The position numbers and the translations under genes were made by a program. Below are positions 26,884-39,077 of a stretch of DNA of 64,000 nucleotides, in pieces; position 1 is the stretch's first letter, and each line of letters begins with the position of its first letter. A model generated the notes under the pieces. That model was not told the origin of the DNA, ran no database searches, and worked only from the letters and a program-made list of their open reading frames with translations. The DNA comes from Cetorhinus maximus (taxonomy: Eukaryota): positions 52,204,001 to 52,268,000 of the forward strand of contig NC_135893.1 of NCBI RefSeq assembly GCF_964194155.1, given 5' to 3'.

Positions 26884-28086
26884 GGGTGGAATTTAGTGAA
26901 GCTCCCAGGAGTGGGAAACAAGGCGGGCGGGAGCACTTAATTGTGCGGGAGGTGAAATCTCAGCTTCCTGATGATGAGCTGGAAGTTGGGAAGCAAGTTG
27001 GTGACCGATTAAAGGCAGATGGGGTTCCTGACGGCAAGCGGTGGAAACCTATTTTTAATGCATTAGCATGTCATGCTTACTCATCCAAACACAAGGTCGC
27101 CACATTAAATCATACGTTTACATTCGGCAGAAAATGAGAAACATGTGCCTTCAGATTCACGACTGATTAAAGGTGTTGTACAGCAGGCAAGGTAGTCTGC
27201 CTGGTGGTTTTGGAGTGAGTAGGAGTTGTTTTGCTTGTACGGGGAACTTTGTTGGGCCGGGAGAGAAGAGGCTGAGCTGTTGCATTGAGTTCGGCTGGTG
27301 GCTGTCCAGGCAAATTGGGGCATGGATGTTCCTGGAAGGTTGGGTGGCGGCGGTCCTGGGAAGTCGGGGCATGGTTGATTGTGGGAGGGAGATATGGGTC
27401 CTGCTGGCCCTAAGAAGGGAGGGAGCTGGACGACGGAGGGAAGTCTATCTTTACTAAAGACAGCGCAAGCACAACAGAGGGGAGGGTTAACCGTGATGGA
27501 GGGCATGTCAATCATGAGACTGGGAGAGTTGAGGGTAACTGAGTGCAGGTCAAGGTTGATACAGGGAGGGACAAGCTTAACAGTTGGCAGATCAATAATG
27601 GCAGGGGACAGGTCCAGGGTGCGGTGGGTGTGCGCAGCTCGAGGTTGACAGACGTTGATCAAGGGTGCCTGCGAGTGGTTCAAAGGGCATAGAAGGCAGG
27701 GCAAGGGTGATGGAGCGAAGTTCAAAGGTGACTGCGGGAGGGTGCAGGGTGATGACTTACAGCCCTAGAAATCCAAGTGTGACAAGTGGGGAGGGGGTGG
27801 AAGCAGTTTAAATTCAAAATCCTCCTTAGGCAAGCAGAATAATGCTGCTGGCTTGCAGGAAATGGATGCCTCGCCAGGTGCCATTTCAATGTTGCGCCTG
27901 GAGTTTGGGCCACTGTGAGGCAATGGCAGGGTCAGCAACTTCCTCCTCACACCTGCTGTACCATTGGCCGGGCATGTTGCTAATTGGCTGCCTTCCGCAT
28001 GACAGAGCCTGGCCAGCCCCATCCCGAGCTGAAGATCCGCTCACTTACGGTCCTGCCACTGGGACATTCACAGCAAGATACTGCCC
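26884..28086. mobile_element. Harbinger-type non-autonomous element with a G-rich interior
   Basis: Termini GGGTGGAATTT and AAGATACTGCCC. Confidence 0.5.
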
Positions 28087-29295
28087 CCACCCCTCCAAAA
28101 AAAAAATCAGCTTACTTGTAGAATTACTGCAATATGTAGCGAAGATACCCTAATTCACCACTGACAACACACAGGCTGTCAGTAGCTTTCACACAATCAA
28201 ACATAAGATAGGGTTTGAGAATATTTACTTTCTATGAAGGGGTACGTTTTTAACTAGACAGGCATAGATGAATCCATGATGTCAAAACTGAACCAAATCT
28301 GTGTCACTTTTGAATTCAGGATTCAGTTCAGCACTCATCCATAGCATATGGGCAATAATGCCATGTGCCTCAGCACACTGAAGTGTCACTTAAGAAGAAA
28401 CAGAAATCCTCCCAATTAATTTCAAATATCCTTCAATGGAACTGCTGGAGGTTGGAACGTCTCTGAACAATTTCTCACTTGTCAACAAGAAAATCCTGAT
28501 GAGATATGGTCTGGATCACACCTCAAAGCACTCAAGATTTTGAACAAATGCAACAAAGAAAACAGCAACTAGCCGGGGCATGTTACAAAGCTGTAACATG
28601 GGACATGTAGATGATTTAATATCAGCCTGTAGGTTTGTGTTAGAAATTCAACCAAATTCCTAAAAATGCTTTGTAATTTGTAAAAAAAATTCTTGATGCA
28701 AATAACAAGCTCTCTACTTTGAGAATTACTTTTAGAGTTTCTCTCTTTTACTAGTCAGCAGTGTGACTGCCAACATTATCCATTTACCAACATATTACAC
28801 AACAAATTGCTTTTTCTAGCTAATTGGTATAATAATCAAGGTGAGCTTTTTTTATTATTCATTTATGGGATGTGGGCCTCGCTGGCTGGGCCAGCATTTA
28901 TTGCCCATCCCTAATTGCCCTTGAGAAGGTGGTGGTGAGCTGCCTTCTTGAACCGCTGCAGTCCATGTGTTGTAGGTACATCCACAGTGCTGTTAGGGAG
29001 GGAGTTCCAGGATTTTGACCAGCGACAGTGAAGGAACGGTGATGTATTTCCAAGTCAGGGTGGTGAGTGACTTGGAAGGGAACTTCCAGGTGGTGGTGCT
29101 CCCATGTATCTGCTGTCCTTGTCTTTCTAGATGGTAGCGGTTGTGAGTTTGGGAGGTGCTGCCTAAGGAGCCTTGGTGAGTTTCTGAAGTGCATCTTGTA
29201 GATAGTGCACACTGCTGCTACTGTGCATTGGTGGTGGAGGGAGTGAATGTTTGTGGATATGGTGCCAATCAAGCGAGCTGCTTTGTCCTGGATGG

Positions 29296-31321
29296 TGTTA
29301 GGAAATAGAGATAGTTTAAGTAAGTTATGTGTGTATTTGGGTGTGTTAACAATAAGGCATATATTTAATGTTTAAGCTTGATTTGTATTTGTGTATTTGT
29401 CTGTTAAGAAAAGGAGAATTTGAGTTTTCGTTTCACTGTCAAATATGCCTGCGTTTCTAATGAGATTTTTATGACTCTTGAAAGAGAGTTAAAGCAAACA
29501 AGAGTAGAAGAGCTGTGCTGTTGCCTAGTAATAGGGGTCCAGAGAGGGAGGGAGGACACACACTCACACACCCACACACCCACACCCACCACACACACAC
29601 ACTCTCACACCACTTAACGCAGTTTAAGCTAAGTTGGTCCTTATGCTGTAAGTCGAAGGGAGCAGTTTAAGGACAGGATTTTCGGGTTGTCGGGCAGGTG
29701 CAGCATTTGGGCCTGGGAGCAGCTGGCAAACAGTCTGCCGCCCGCAATCGGCCCCCAGTGTGAAAGGCGCACTGAGAAGCTCAGCGCTGCCGGAGTAGGG
29801 GCAGGAGGAGTGCGAGCATCGAAAGCTCCCTGAAGGAACGGAGCTGCCTCAGGGAGCTCAAGAATTGTGGATACAAAAATAAAGATTTTAAAAAGGAGAG
29901 AAACCTGTCCCCGCATGTGACTCAGTCACATGAACAGGGACATAAAGGCGATGTGTAAAATGTTTTTTTTTAATTACTGCTACAAACCTCATCCCACCCG
30001 TGGATGAGGCCTAATAAAAATCCGAATGCTGCCTGCCCGATTTGCCTGCCCACCAACCATAAGGTTGGACAGGCAGTGAAAAACCAGCTTTCAATTATTT
30101 GATTAAAGGCCTTAATAGGCCTCTTCATTGTCGGCGGGCACGGTGCTGACTCTCACACATGCCTGCCGACTGAAATATCGCGCGAGAGTCGGCGACGTCA
30201 TCATGCGGGATTTAATGCCCGATTGGGTCAGGCGCGCGCCCACCCGTGGGAAGTAAAATCTTCCCCTAACTCTCTCTCTCGCTGACATACTAGCAGACTG
30301 CTGAGGGAAATAAGTCTAAGAATCTTAGTGAATATTAAGTGAATTCTAGATCTCAAGGGAGGCATCAAGTTGTCAGCAGTCCATTGGGAGAGGGAACTGC
30401 AGAGAGAGTAGATTTCCCAAAAGAACTGAAAGGTCCCAAGGCCAAGGAGTCAGACAGAAAGGAGGGGTCCCAAGAGGACCTTCCAGTCAAAGGAAGAGCA
30501 GGAGTCTGGAAAAGGTCCTGGAAGTGACAGTAAGGAGCAGGGAGGAAGGCTCCGAGCTTCAAGCTTAAAGGGGGAAAGCTGCAGAACGCAGATTTAAAGC
30601 AATATAGGCATGTGAGAAGCCAGAAGGTCCAAGGAGACAGCTGAAGGGCTGTAAGTCTTTACTACGGGCATGTGAAGTAGTGTTGTACTGTTGACGACTG
30701 AGTAAGTGAGAGAGGGTGCATGGAAGAAAGCTTGAATGCATGTGGTCATCTAGGGGAGAGGAACATCGGAAGGAGAGTTCAAAACTCTGGAGGCTCTGGA
30801 AGTCTAAGTTTGGGAGAAGATTCCAACGCAAGGTCTTGGAGAGTGGAGTTTGGAAACCCTCATGTGAAAGACGGAGTTCAGTGAGACCGGTTAGCTCACA
30901 GTGTGACAAGCGACTGAGGGGAGTCGAAGAGAGATCCATAGCATCTGTTTGAGGTGGTATCTGTCACTTGGTTTCAGAGTGTGGTGTGTCTGACCATAGG
31001 TCACCTTTTGTTTTACAAGGACTTTGTACATACTGTGAACAGTAGAGTATAAGATAGCTTTTGTAACCTGTGTTATCCTTATGAATCTGTATACATCTGT
31101 AAAGGTATAGTTGTGGGTGAAGGAGTATTGTAATATAGTTCACCTTTTCCTGTTTAATAAAAGTTTTATTCTTTTGTTAAAAGTTCATCAGCTGACTCCT
31201 GTGACTGTTCAGTAGACACTCTCCACATATCTAAACAAAAAACAAAAGTAAGGATCTATCAAGCTGGGTTCCACCCTGAGGCCAGGCTTGTCCAGTAGTA
31301 ACATCAGCTGGGATCGTAACA
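29296..31321 (+). mobile_element. Solo LTR (TGTTA...TAACA) containing a MITE and a CA repeat
   Basis: Exact 4-bp TSD ATGG (29292-29295, 31322-31325); AATAAA near 31157. Confidence 0.85.
29671..30266 (+). mobile_element. MITE family A copy 2
   Basis: Termini GGACAGGATTTT and AAAATCTTCCCC; TSD TAA (29668-29670, 30267-30269). Confidence 0.85.
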
Positions 31322-31769
31322 ATGGTGTCAAGCTTCTTGAATGCTGTTGGAGCTGCACTCATCCAGGCAAGTGGAGAGTATTCCATCACACTCCTGACTT
31401 GTGCCTTGAGATGGTGGAGAGTCTTTGGGTGTCAGGAGGTCAGTTACTCGCTGCAGGATTCCTAGCCTCTGACCTGCTCTTGTAGCCACAGTATTTATAT
31501 GGCTAGTCCAGCTCAGTTTCTGGTCAATGGTAACCCCCATTCCTGGGAGGAAAGGCAAACCTAACATCAGCCCACATTATAAATAATCAGGTTGTTGCTT
31601 GCACATCAGTTATCTAAGATCTTCCTCATGCCATTGATATTTTTGAGAATAACTGTTGCTTAATTGCTGTCAAGGCAAGAGAATTTTACTCATGCTATTC
31701 TTCAAATATTTTGAAAACAATGTAGAGGTAGGCAGTTCAAACTGACTGATGGGGAAGGGGGGCTTTAAT

Positions 31770-32195
31770 GAGGTGCATCAGCCTCAGTTGATAGCATTCT
31801 TGCCTCTGAGTTAGAAGGTTGTGGGTTCAAGTCCTACTCCAGAGGCTTGAGCACAAAAATCTAGGATGTAACTCCAATGCAGTGCTGAAGGGGATCTGCT
31901 GTCTTTTAGATAAGATGTCAAACTGAGGTGGCATCTGCCCTCTCAGATGAACGTGAAAGATCCAGTTACACTATTTTGAAGAGAAGAGGAGCTATCCTTG
32001 GTTTCCTGGCCCTCAAGCAACATCACAAGAACAAATTATCTGGCCATCGTCAGATTGCATTTTGTGGGATATAGTTGTGTGCACATTGGTTTGCTACACT
32101 TAAACGCTAACTATACTTCAAAAGCGTTTCATTGGCTGTAAAGTGCTTTGGAAGGTTCTGAGGTTGTGAAAGGTGTGATATAAATACATTTGTTT
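31770..32195 (+). mobile_element. DeuSINE (SacSINE1-like), near full length
   Basis: tRNA head with B box GGTTCAAGTCC, Deu-domain-like core (CTGCCCTCTCAGATGAACGTGAAAGATCC...ACTATTTTGAAGAG) and L2-like tail. Confidence 0.8.
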
Positions 32196-33437
32196 TTAAG
32201 ATTATGAACCCGAGGCAGCATGAGGCCTTGTCCATCTCAACCACCTGGATTCCATCTGCACAATGAAGTATCTGGATTGGTCCTCACGTACAGAACAGAG
32301 AGGTCTAAAATTTACATGTGGAACTCTGAAGACCACTCCTGATCCACAAGGGTAGGTGAAAAAAAAACTTACCTGGAGGACACCTTCAGCTCTCCAATAA
32401 TCTGGAAGTTACAGTTTACCACTCAAGCCAAAGTTTAAACTGCTATAGTGGCCCAAAGATATCACTGGATCCCGATTAATTTATGTGAAATGTGTTTATG
32501 GTGGCTTTGGGTGGACAGCTTAGCTGCCAGTACAGAATAAAATCAGAAATTGTGGGGTCTGAACAACTTTCACTCAAGCAAATAACTCAGAGCATTTTAA
32601 CTGCTCACCCGCTTGGTTTTTCGCCTGGCAAGTAGCATTTTTCACAGCAGGACATGCACATGCCCTGATATCCACTGCTATAATGGTGGTGTCCGCAGGT
32701 GCATGGGGTGGGATCATTTGCAGTTCATCACATTTTTTAACCATCCCCACTTTTCAAATAATGTAAAACACACTCCACAATACTATTTTCACCTCCTACT
32801 GCACAAATATAAGTCTTTCCACTTCCTGCCTGAGTTTACTGCCAAGTCACAATCACTTGTCTTTGTGAAGTGCTCCTCATGTGCCGAAAGCCACCTCAGT
32901 GAGTAGCTTAGTTCCCTAAGAACTAAGCTGAACACCATCCCACTCATTTCACACTGGTCCCCCAAACGGAGCAGAGGTTCTGACTGCAATGGTCCTCTTT
33001 CCTTGCCATTGAAGTGAAACACTGTAATATTCTCCATATCAGTACGGGTGAGAAAGGCCATTCAGTCCAGAAAGAAAACAAATGTACACTCCCCTCTCCC
33101 GCATTATTACATTTAAAGAAGTTAATACTTTCACTGATACTTTGCTACCAAGACAAGCATTCCTCTTTCTCTCTGCCAATTATTGTGACACAATTTTGTT
33201 CACCATCTGTTGCGGAAGGGGAAGATTCCAGAAATATATGGGGGAATATATTCAGCAGTTTAATTTTTTTCATGCCAAGGAATTCTTTGAAAGATATTGA
33301 AATAAATGTGTGATTTTTAAAAAATTATTTGTTTTGTGGTGAATGTAAGATTTGAGCCAATCAGCATGTTTCTTTTTCTAAAGGTACAAAGATTCAAGCG
33401 AAAATGCCAAGTCTTATAAGAACCTATCAGACACAAA

Positions 33438-34137
33438 GGGCTGGATTTTAATCTACCTGACCTATCAGGAGTGGGGATGCGGGGGCGAGTGGGTGGGAAG
33501 TACAGGGCACCTGGAAGTCAAGGTTTCCCACACCTTGTGCAGTTTTTATCACCGGAAAAGTGACAAAAGCAGCAGCTTGGCGGGAAGCGGGTGGATGTTT
33601 GATCCTGGCAGGGGGTCGAGTTGGTAAGGAAGGGTGCTGATCCTGAGGTCCCAGGGTGGTCGAAGTGTCAAAGGCCTGTTGGCAGGGATCGGAGGCCCAG
33701 GGGGTAATCAGGGCCTTAGGGGCGCGATTAGAGGCCTGGGGTGAAATTGCAGGCTTCGGGAGGAGGATCAGAAGACTGGAGGACAGAACCAGAGAGCTGG
33801 ATCAGAGCCTGTGCAGGAAAGGGAAGGGATGGAATCAGAGACCTCAAGAGGAGGATAAGAGGGAGCTTGGAAGGGTTGGGGGAGGTTGCCTGTTTGCAGG
33901 TGGGGGTTATCCTGAGGCATTTTCCTCAGGTTCAGGAAACCTAGCCATCCGTACAGAGTTAAAATCAAAATGTTGTATAGCCGATTGTCTCCTTGGAGAT
34001 GGCTGACCCCAGTCTCACCTCCATTAAAATCAGAAGTGGATGGATTGAAGGTGGGTTGGTGTCAGAATTCAGATGTTTAACACTTTCATCTCCCACCCCA
34101 CCCAACCCCATCCGGTTTTAGGGTTAACATTCCCCTT
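33438..34137. mobile_element. Harbinger-type MITE
   Basis: Starts GGGCTGGATTTTA, degenerate right TIR, flanks AAA/AAA; related to 44659-45159. Confidence 0.55.
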
Positions 34138-34688
34138 AAACGTTTTAATGATAACAGGTTAACAATTTATTCCGTTTTTGTTTTAGATATTCAAGTATTT
34201 TCTTAAGCTGCCCTTTTGCAGGCCTGCAGGTCTGTAAAGTGGCAATGTTGATACAAATTGATGGAGACAGAAAGCAGAAAATAGTGGTGAATGGTTGTTT
34301 GCCAGACTGCAGTATGCAGTATTGTCCTCCAGGGGTCAGTATTGGGTTCACTGCTCATTTTGCTATCAATGTCCTGGACATAGGGAGAGGGAACAGGTTT
34401 GCAAATGACACCAAACTTACAAATGCAGTAAACCGGTGAGGAGGATGACAGCAGATTTCAAAGGACATTGACAAATTGGTGAAATGGACAGACACGTGGC
34501 TGATGAAACTTAAAGCACAGGAGTATGAAGTGATTCATTTTGGAAGGAAAATATATATTAAATGATGCAGGTACAGAGATCCGCTCATCCTCCTACACAA
34601 ATCTTTGAAGATGGCAGGACAAGTTGAGAAGACTGTTAAAAATGCACACAGGAGCCTTAAAAATAGAGGCATAGAGTACAAAAACAGG

Positions 34689-35752
34689 GCAGTCTCCCAT
34701 GTCCGTCCTGTCTCCCGTACTTCTGCTCTCACACCTCCCCCTCCCTCCCAGAACTGTGATCAGGTTCTCCTCATCTCCACCTTCCACTCCACCAGCTCCG
34801 TATTCAACAAATCATTCTCCGCCATTCTCGCCAGCTCTAACATGATGCCACCGTCAAACACATCATCCCCTCTCCTCCCTTTTCAGTATTTCAAAGAGAC
34901 CGTTCCCTCCTCGATATCCTGGTCCTCAATCACCCTCAATACCCTGCCCCCTTCCCAAGGCACCCTTCCGTGTAAATGCAGGAGGTGCAACAGCTACCCT
35001 TTTACCTCCTCTCTCTTCAATGTCCAAGGCCGCAAACACTCCTTCTAGGTGAAACAACAATTTACATGTACTGTTTCCAATTTAGTATAGTGTTTACAAT
35101 GCGGTCTGCTCTACATTGGAGAGACAAAACACAGATTGCTCTGCGGAATATCTCCATTCAGTCTGCAAGCTTAACCCCAAGCTTCTGGTCGTCTGTTATT
35201 TTAATTCTCCACCCTGCTCTCACACTGACCTCTCTGTCCTCTGTCTCCTGCAGCATTCCAATGCAGCTCCACACAAGCTCAAAGAGCAGCAGCACCTCAT
35301 TCTTCAACTGGGCACTTTACAGCCTTCTAGACTCAACATTGAGTTCAGCAATTTCAGTCCATAACCACTGTTTTGTGTCCATTTTGTTTCCTTTCTCTTT
35401 GCAGGTTTGGGTTTTACTGTCTCGTTTTTCCTCTTTCTTTGCCTTCGGATGGCAGCTGTTCATCCTTCTGCCAGTCACACCTCTTGGAGACACATCTTTT
35501 GTTTCTTTTCTTGTCACATTACCATTCCCTTTGGCCTTGTACCACAATCCCTTTTGTCAATTAATCTCTCTTGACTTTCACCCAATCACAGACCTTTGCT
35601 TTTGCTCTTTTTCTAACACTCCTCCTTTTCACGTGCTTACTTAAAACCTCTTACATTTCTAACTTTTCCTAGTTCTAATGAAAGATCTGAAATGTTAACC
35701 CTGCTTCTCTTGCTCCCTGACCTGCCGAGTACTTACAGCATTTTCTATTTTT
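34689..35752 (+). mobile_element. Penelope-like element (Neptune type), 5'-truncated: Cys linker, GIY-YIG remnant and pseudo-LTR
   Basis: GTLPCKCRRC and CLQCGLLYIGETK (~35091-35130). TSD AGTACAAAAACAGG (34675-34688) vs AGTACAAAAGCAAG (35753-35766), 12/14. Decayed hammerhead-like core at 35671-35700. Confidence 0.85.
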
Positions 35753-35815
35753 AGTACAAAAGCAAGTAGGTTTTATTAAACTATGAGGCACTGGGTAGAT
35801 CTCAGCTAGGATATT

Positions 35816-36360
35816 AGTTGGAATTTTACAGAGCCCCACGGAACATGCTGAGAGATGGGGGCCGGGGTAGTGGGAGTGTAAAATCAGGTGAAAGAGTAGG
35901 CGGTGGCTTGCCTCTCATCCTCCTGCCTCCGCTGGTAATTCACCTGGCAGCCACCTGCGGGCTTGAGAGGGGGTCACTGCCGATCATCCACCCTGTGGGC
36001 CCACAGAGGGCATGCCTGGTGGCAAGGGCCACCTACACTGAAAGACCACCCCACCCAACCACACCTTGCCAGGGCTTACCTGTTTCACTCCAATGAACCT
36101 GGCCTGACTTGTCTGGATTCCAGGGCTTGCTCCATCTAGCTGCTCCGGGCCTGCTGCAGAACCAGCAATGACTACCACTCCTGGACCATCTAATTGGCCA
36201 GCTGCTCTGGGCATGGGGTGGGTTGGGGGTTGGGGTGGGGGTTGTGGGGAGGGTGGCGGTGGACCCTCACCTCTTAAAGGGGACTGAAGCTCCCACTGCA
36301 GCTTGCCCTTGACTTTCCGACGAGTGGGCGGGGCCACCATCACCCCATAAAATCCCAGCC
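35816..36360. mobile_element. Harbinger-type MITE
   Basis: Termini AGTTGGAATTTTA and TAAAATCCCAGCC. Confidence 0.6.
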
Positions 36361-36401
36361 GTAGTGTCGCATTTTGGAAAATTACAGAGAAGCAAAATTA
36401 A

Positions 36402-36522
36402 TTTAATGTCACTCTGAAAGGACTGAAAACCCATTGACAGAGAAGACCCAGCAATGTTCTATATTTCAGGAAGAAGACAAGAGGTACAAGAAAGAAACTG
36501 AACAGCTGAAGAACCAGCTGAA
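36402..36522 (+). pseudogene. UACA: UACA-like coiled-coil fragment
   Basis: With one frameshift it reads FNVTLKGLKNPLTEKTQQCSIFQEEDKRYKKETEQLK, similar to human UACA as I recall it (FKATEKELKDQLSEQTQKYSVSEEEVKKNKQENDKLK). Confidence 0.55.
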
Positions 36523-36944
36523 TGGAAGCATTCAGAGGAGTCATTGAAATTAAAACCTGTAGTTTTCCAAGCTGCAAGTGGATAATGAAGCCATGAGTAG
36601 CACGATTACAGAGCTGAAACAAGTTAGGACTTTGCCGGAGACAGACCTGGCCAACAATGAAACCAAAATGAGGGACAAAAACAAAGCTCTGCTGCAGACA
36701 GAGAAAGAAAAGACAGAAATAAGATTGGGGAATGCTGAAGATCAAGGAACTAGAATGAAAAGCATTGATGCCTCAAACTTACCAAGAACCATTGAGTTGT
36801 TGAAAAATTACATGGTTGAATTAGAAATCAGGGACCAACCAGGTCAAAGAATGTGGGCTTGAAGGATAGCACATAGGCATTTAAGGTCCGCTAAGGGAAA
36901 ACAGTTCAGTGTAGAGAACCAACTTTCACATATATAAGATGAGT

Positions 36945-38420
36945 TTGCTAATGAGAAATTAGAATCTGATGAACTTTGAGTATTGGAAGAATCTAAAAAA
37001 AATGCCTGGAACAGGAAAAGGGATTGCTGGTAAATCAGAACAGCTGGTTGAATGCAGAATTAACAACCAAAACTGATGACATTCTGAACTTCGATCCAAT
37101 CTGAAGAACAAGGAAGATGAGATGCACAGTATGGAAGATCAAATCCAGGTCAAAAAGACTTTAAAAGCAAAAACGGGAAATTCTAGGAAACAGATTGATG
37201 AACTAATGAGTGAATTGAAAGAGTTAAGGAGCAACTTGTGACCATGGAAGAAAGATTTAGAAAGGAACTGAATGCCCAGGTGAAGTTGTTAAGCTTGTAT
37301 AAGGATGCCACAGATAACTCGGAAACAAAGACAACTGAACTCACCAGAGTAGTTCCTGAGCTGAATGAAAAGATTAAAAGGTTTTGATCATGATACGAGC
37401 ATATTTTTCATAATATTACTGTGGGGCATTGTAAAGTAGGGTTATGTATGCGTTTGTGTGGATGATTCTGTCTGTGTGGCTGATTTAATTAAATTAGAGA
37501 TGGATAGACTGCAAGGTTAAAATTATCAAAGGCGTTAGGTGTAAAAGGGCATGTGAAATGCTAATGAGTGAACTAGGGTGAAGTCTCAACAGATTAGGGT
37601 GTGAATGAAATTTGCATTTTGAGATAAATTGAGAAGTCTTTGGTTTTCAAAGGGATGCTAGGATGTTTACAAGATAAATAAGCAGGTTATTATGTTGATT
37701 TTTCCCAAAAGTACTGACCATAATGACAGCAGAAGAAATTTTTATATTATGGGAAAAGTAAATTCCAAAGACAAGGGGGAACAATGGGATTTACAGATTA
37801 AAGAGGAATAAATATACTTAAACAGGATTGGAAGGTTATGGGGTGGCCGTGTAATATCTGAAAGGTACACTGTGTGAAACAGACTTGAGGAAAAGCCTCT
37901 AGCCACTTTACAGAAGTCTGCTGTTCCAGTAACCAAAGTTGTGTTAAAAGCCTTTGGAATTCCACTGTCGAGTGGGTGGTTGTGGCAACCTTGCTGGATT
38001 GTTGCTATAAATTTAAAATCTATTTTGGACTGTTACCTTAAAGGGGATGTGTAGTTGGGAGTCTGATTAACTAGGAACTTTGGGGATTGTTATAATATTA
38101 ATTAACCATGTGACTATAATCTTGTGTTTTATTATTTTCTTTTGTTAATAAATGTTTTAATATAATTTGTAAATTGTAAAAATGTAAGGGTATAAGTGGA
38201 CTCATTACTTCTGAATTCAGTGCTCAAACCTTCTTGTAATAAATACAAATTGCAAAACTATTGTGATAGTGTGGCCAAGTTTCCCATGTGGATTTGGTCA
38301 GCCTGGCAAATACCACCTACTGTATTATAAAAGTTTGAAAATGAACTGGAAAATAAGAGAGTAAACAAATATTTAGGTGAAATTGTGAAACAAGCGGAAA
38401 TGAAGGTTCCATTTTTGAAA
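36945..38420 (+). pseudogene. TPR: Intronless, internally deleted nucleoprotein TPR fragment interrupted by a solo LTR (coding pieces ~36945-37384 and 38333-38420)
   Basis: LEQEKGLLVNQNSWLNAELTTKTDD, MEERFRKELNAQVKLLSLYKDATDNSETKTTELTRVV and LENKRVNKYLGEIVKQAEMKVPFLK match remembered human TPR [62 protein letters not shown] and [25 protein letters not shown]. Confidence 0.85.
37385..38332 (+). mobile_element. Solo LTR inserted in the TPR-like fragment
   Basis: 4-bp TSD GTTT (37381-37384, 38333-38336); removing it restores the frame KIKRFENELENKRV; AATAAA near 38147. Confidence 0.85.
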
Positions 38421-38439
38421 TATTAATGTACAGCAAGGA

Positions 38440-39077
38440 CATGGCAGACCTCTTGGAAAAAAAAAATCCAGGTCCATTCTATAAATGAACAATGCAGACA
38501 TTCCCTCTGGAAGGAACGGGACAAGCCCATGGTGTCCAAACGAAGCAGACGGGTTGTTGATAAAGGGTACTGCAACTCTAAGGAGCACAAAAAGCAAATC
38601 AGATGAAGACGCCCATGAGGAAATACTGAATGCTACGATTTCAACCCTGAACCAACAAAATCTGCCCAAAGTAACTGAGACTACTACTCCTTCAAACATG
38701 ACAGGAATGAGTTCTGGAAGAATCGTAAAGTCTCCAGACTGTCTGAGTTTGTAAAGTCAGTGACCTGAGGGAGGAAGAAGGGGTAGCATGGAAAAAGTGT
38801 ATTGTAAATATGTTTGAGTAAAGACCTGGGGGGAGGCATAGTATAGCTGTGTTAGGCATAGCAAGGATTAATTTGGGACTGGGGAAACAGTACCGCCCAC
38901 ATTATGATGGTATATTGTGGGTACAGTAGCAGTCTAACAGAAGCCAACATGAGGACCCCACCTAGTAATGGCTGTACCGTGGAGATGTAAAAATTAAGTC
39001 TTACCAATAAACAGTTAATGTTCAGTCAAACAAGCCTCTGAACCTCTTAGTGAGACATGAAAAATAACCTTACCACA
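38440..39077 (+). mobile_element. 3' end of a Gypsy-type LTR retrotransposon: pol tail, PPT and ~240-bp LTR
   Basis: ORF ends SSGRIVKSPDCLSL* (typical RSGR.VK.P.RL tail). Polypurine tract GGGGGGAGG at 38828-38836, then an LTR ~38837-39077 ending TACCACA with AATAAA at 39006. Confidence 0.7.

Larger units (their letters stand above)
28848..31545 (-). mobile_element. 3' end of a tRNA-headed-family LINE split by a solo LTR (LINE at 28848-29295 and 31322-31545)
   Basis: LGVTIDQKLSW-like and HSLHHQCTVAAVCTIYKMH motifs; the sequence rejoins across the ATGG TSD; A-rich tail at ~28848. Confidence 0.85.

Noticed and set aside
26160-28086. CpG island promoter
   Set aside because: The CpG-rich sequence is explained by MITE insertions.
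34976-35644. 222-aa hydrophobic ORF as a membrane protein
   Set aside because: It is an off-frame reading of a Penelope endonuclease region and its T/C-rich 3' region.
36945-38420. Functional TPR gene exons
   Set aside because: It has frameshifts, internal deletions, no introns and an LTR insertion.
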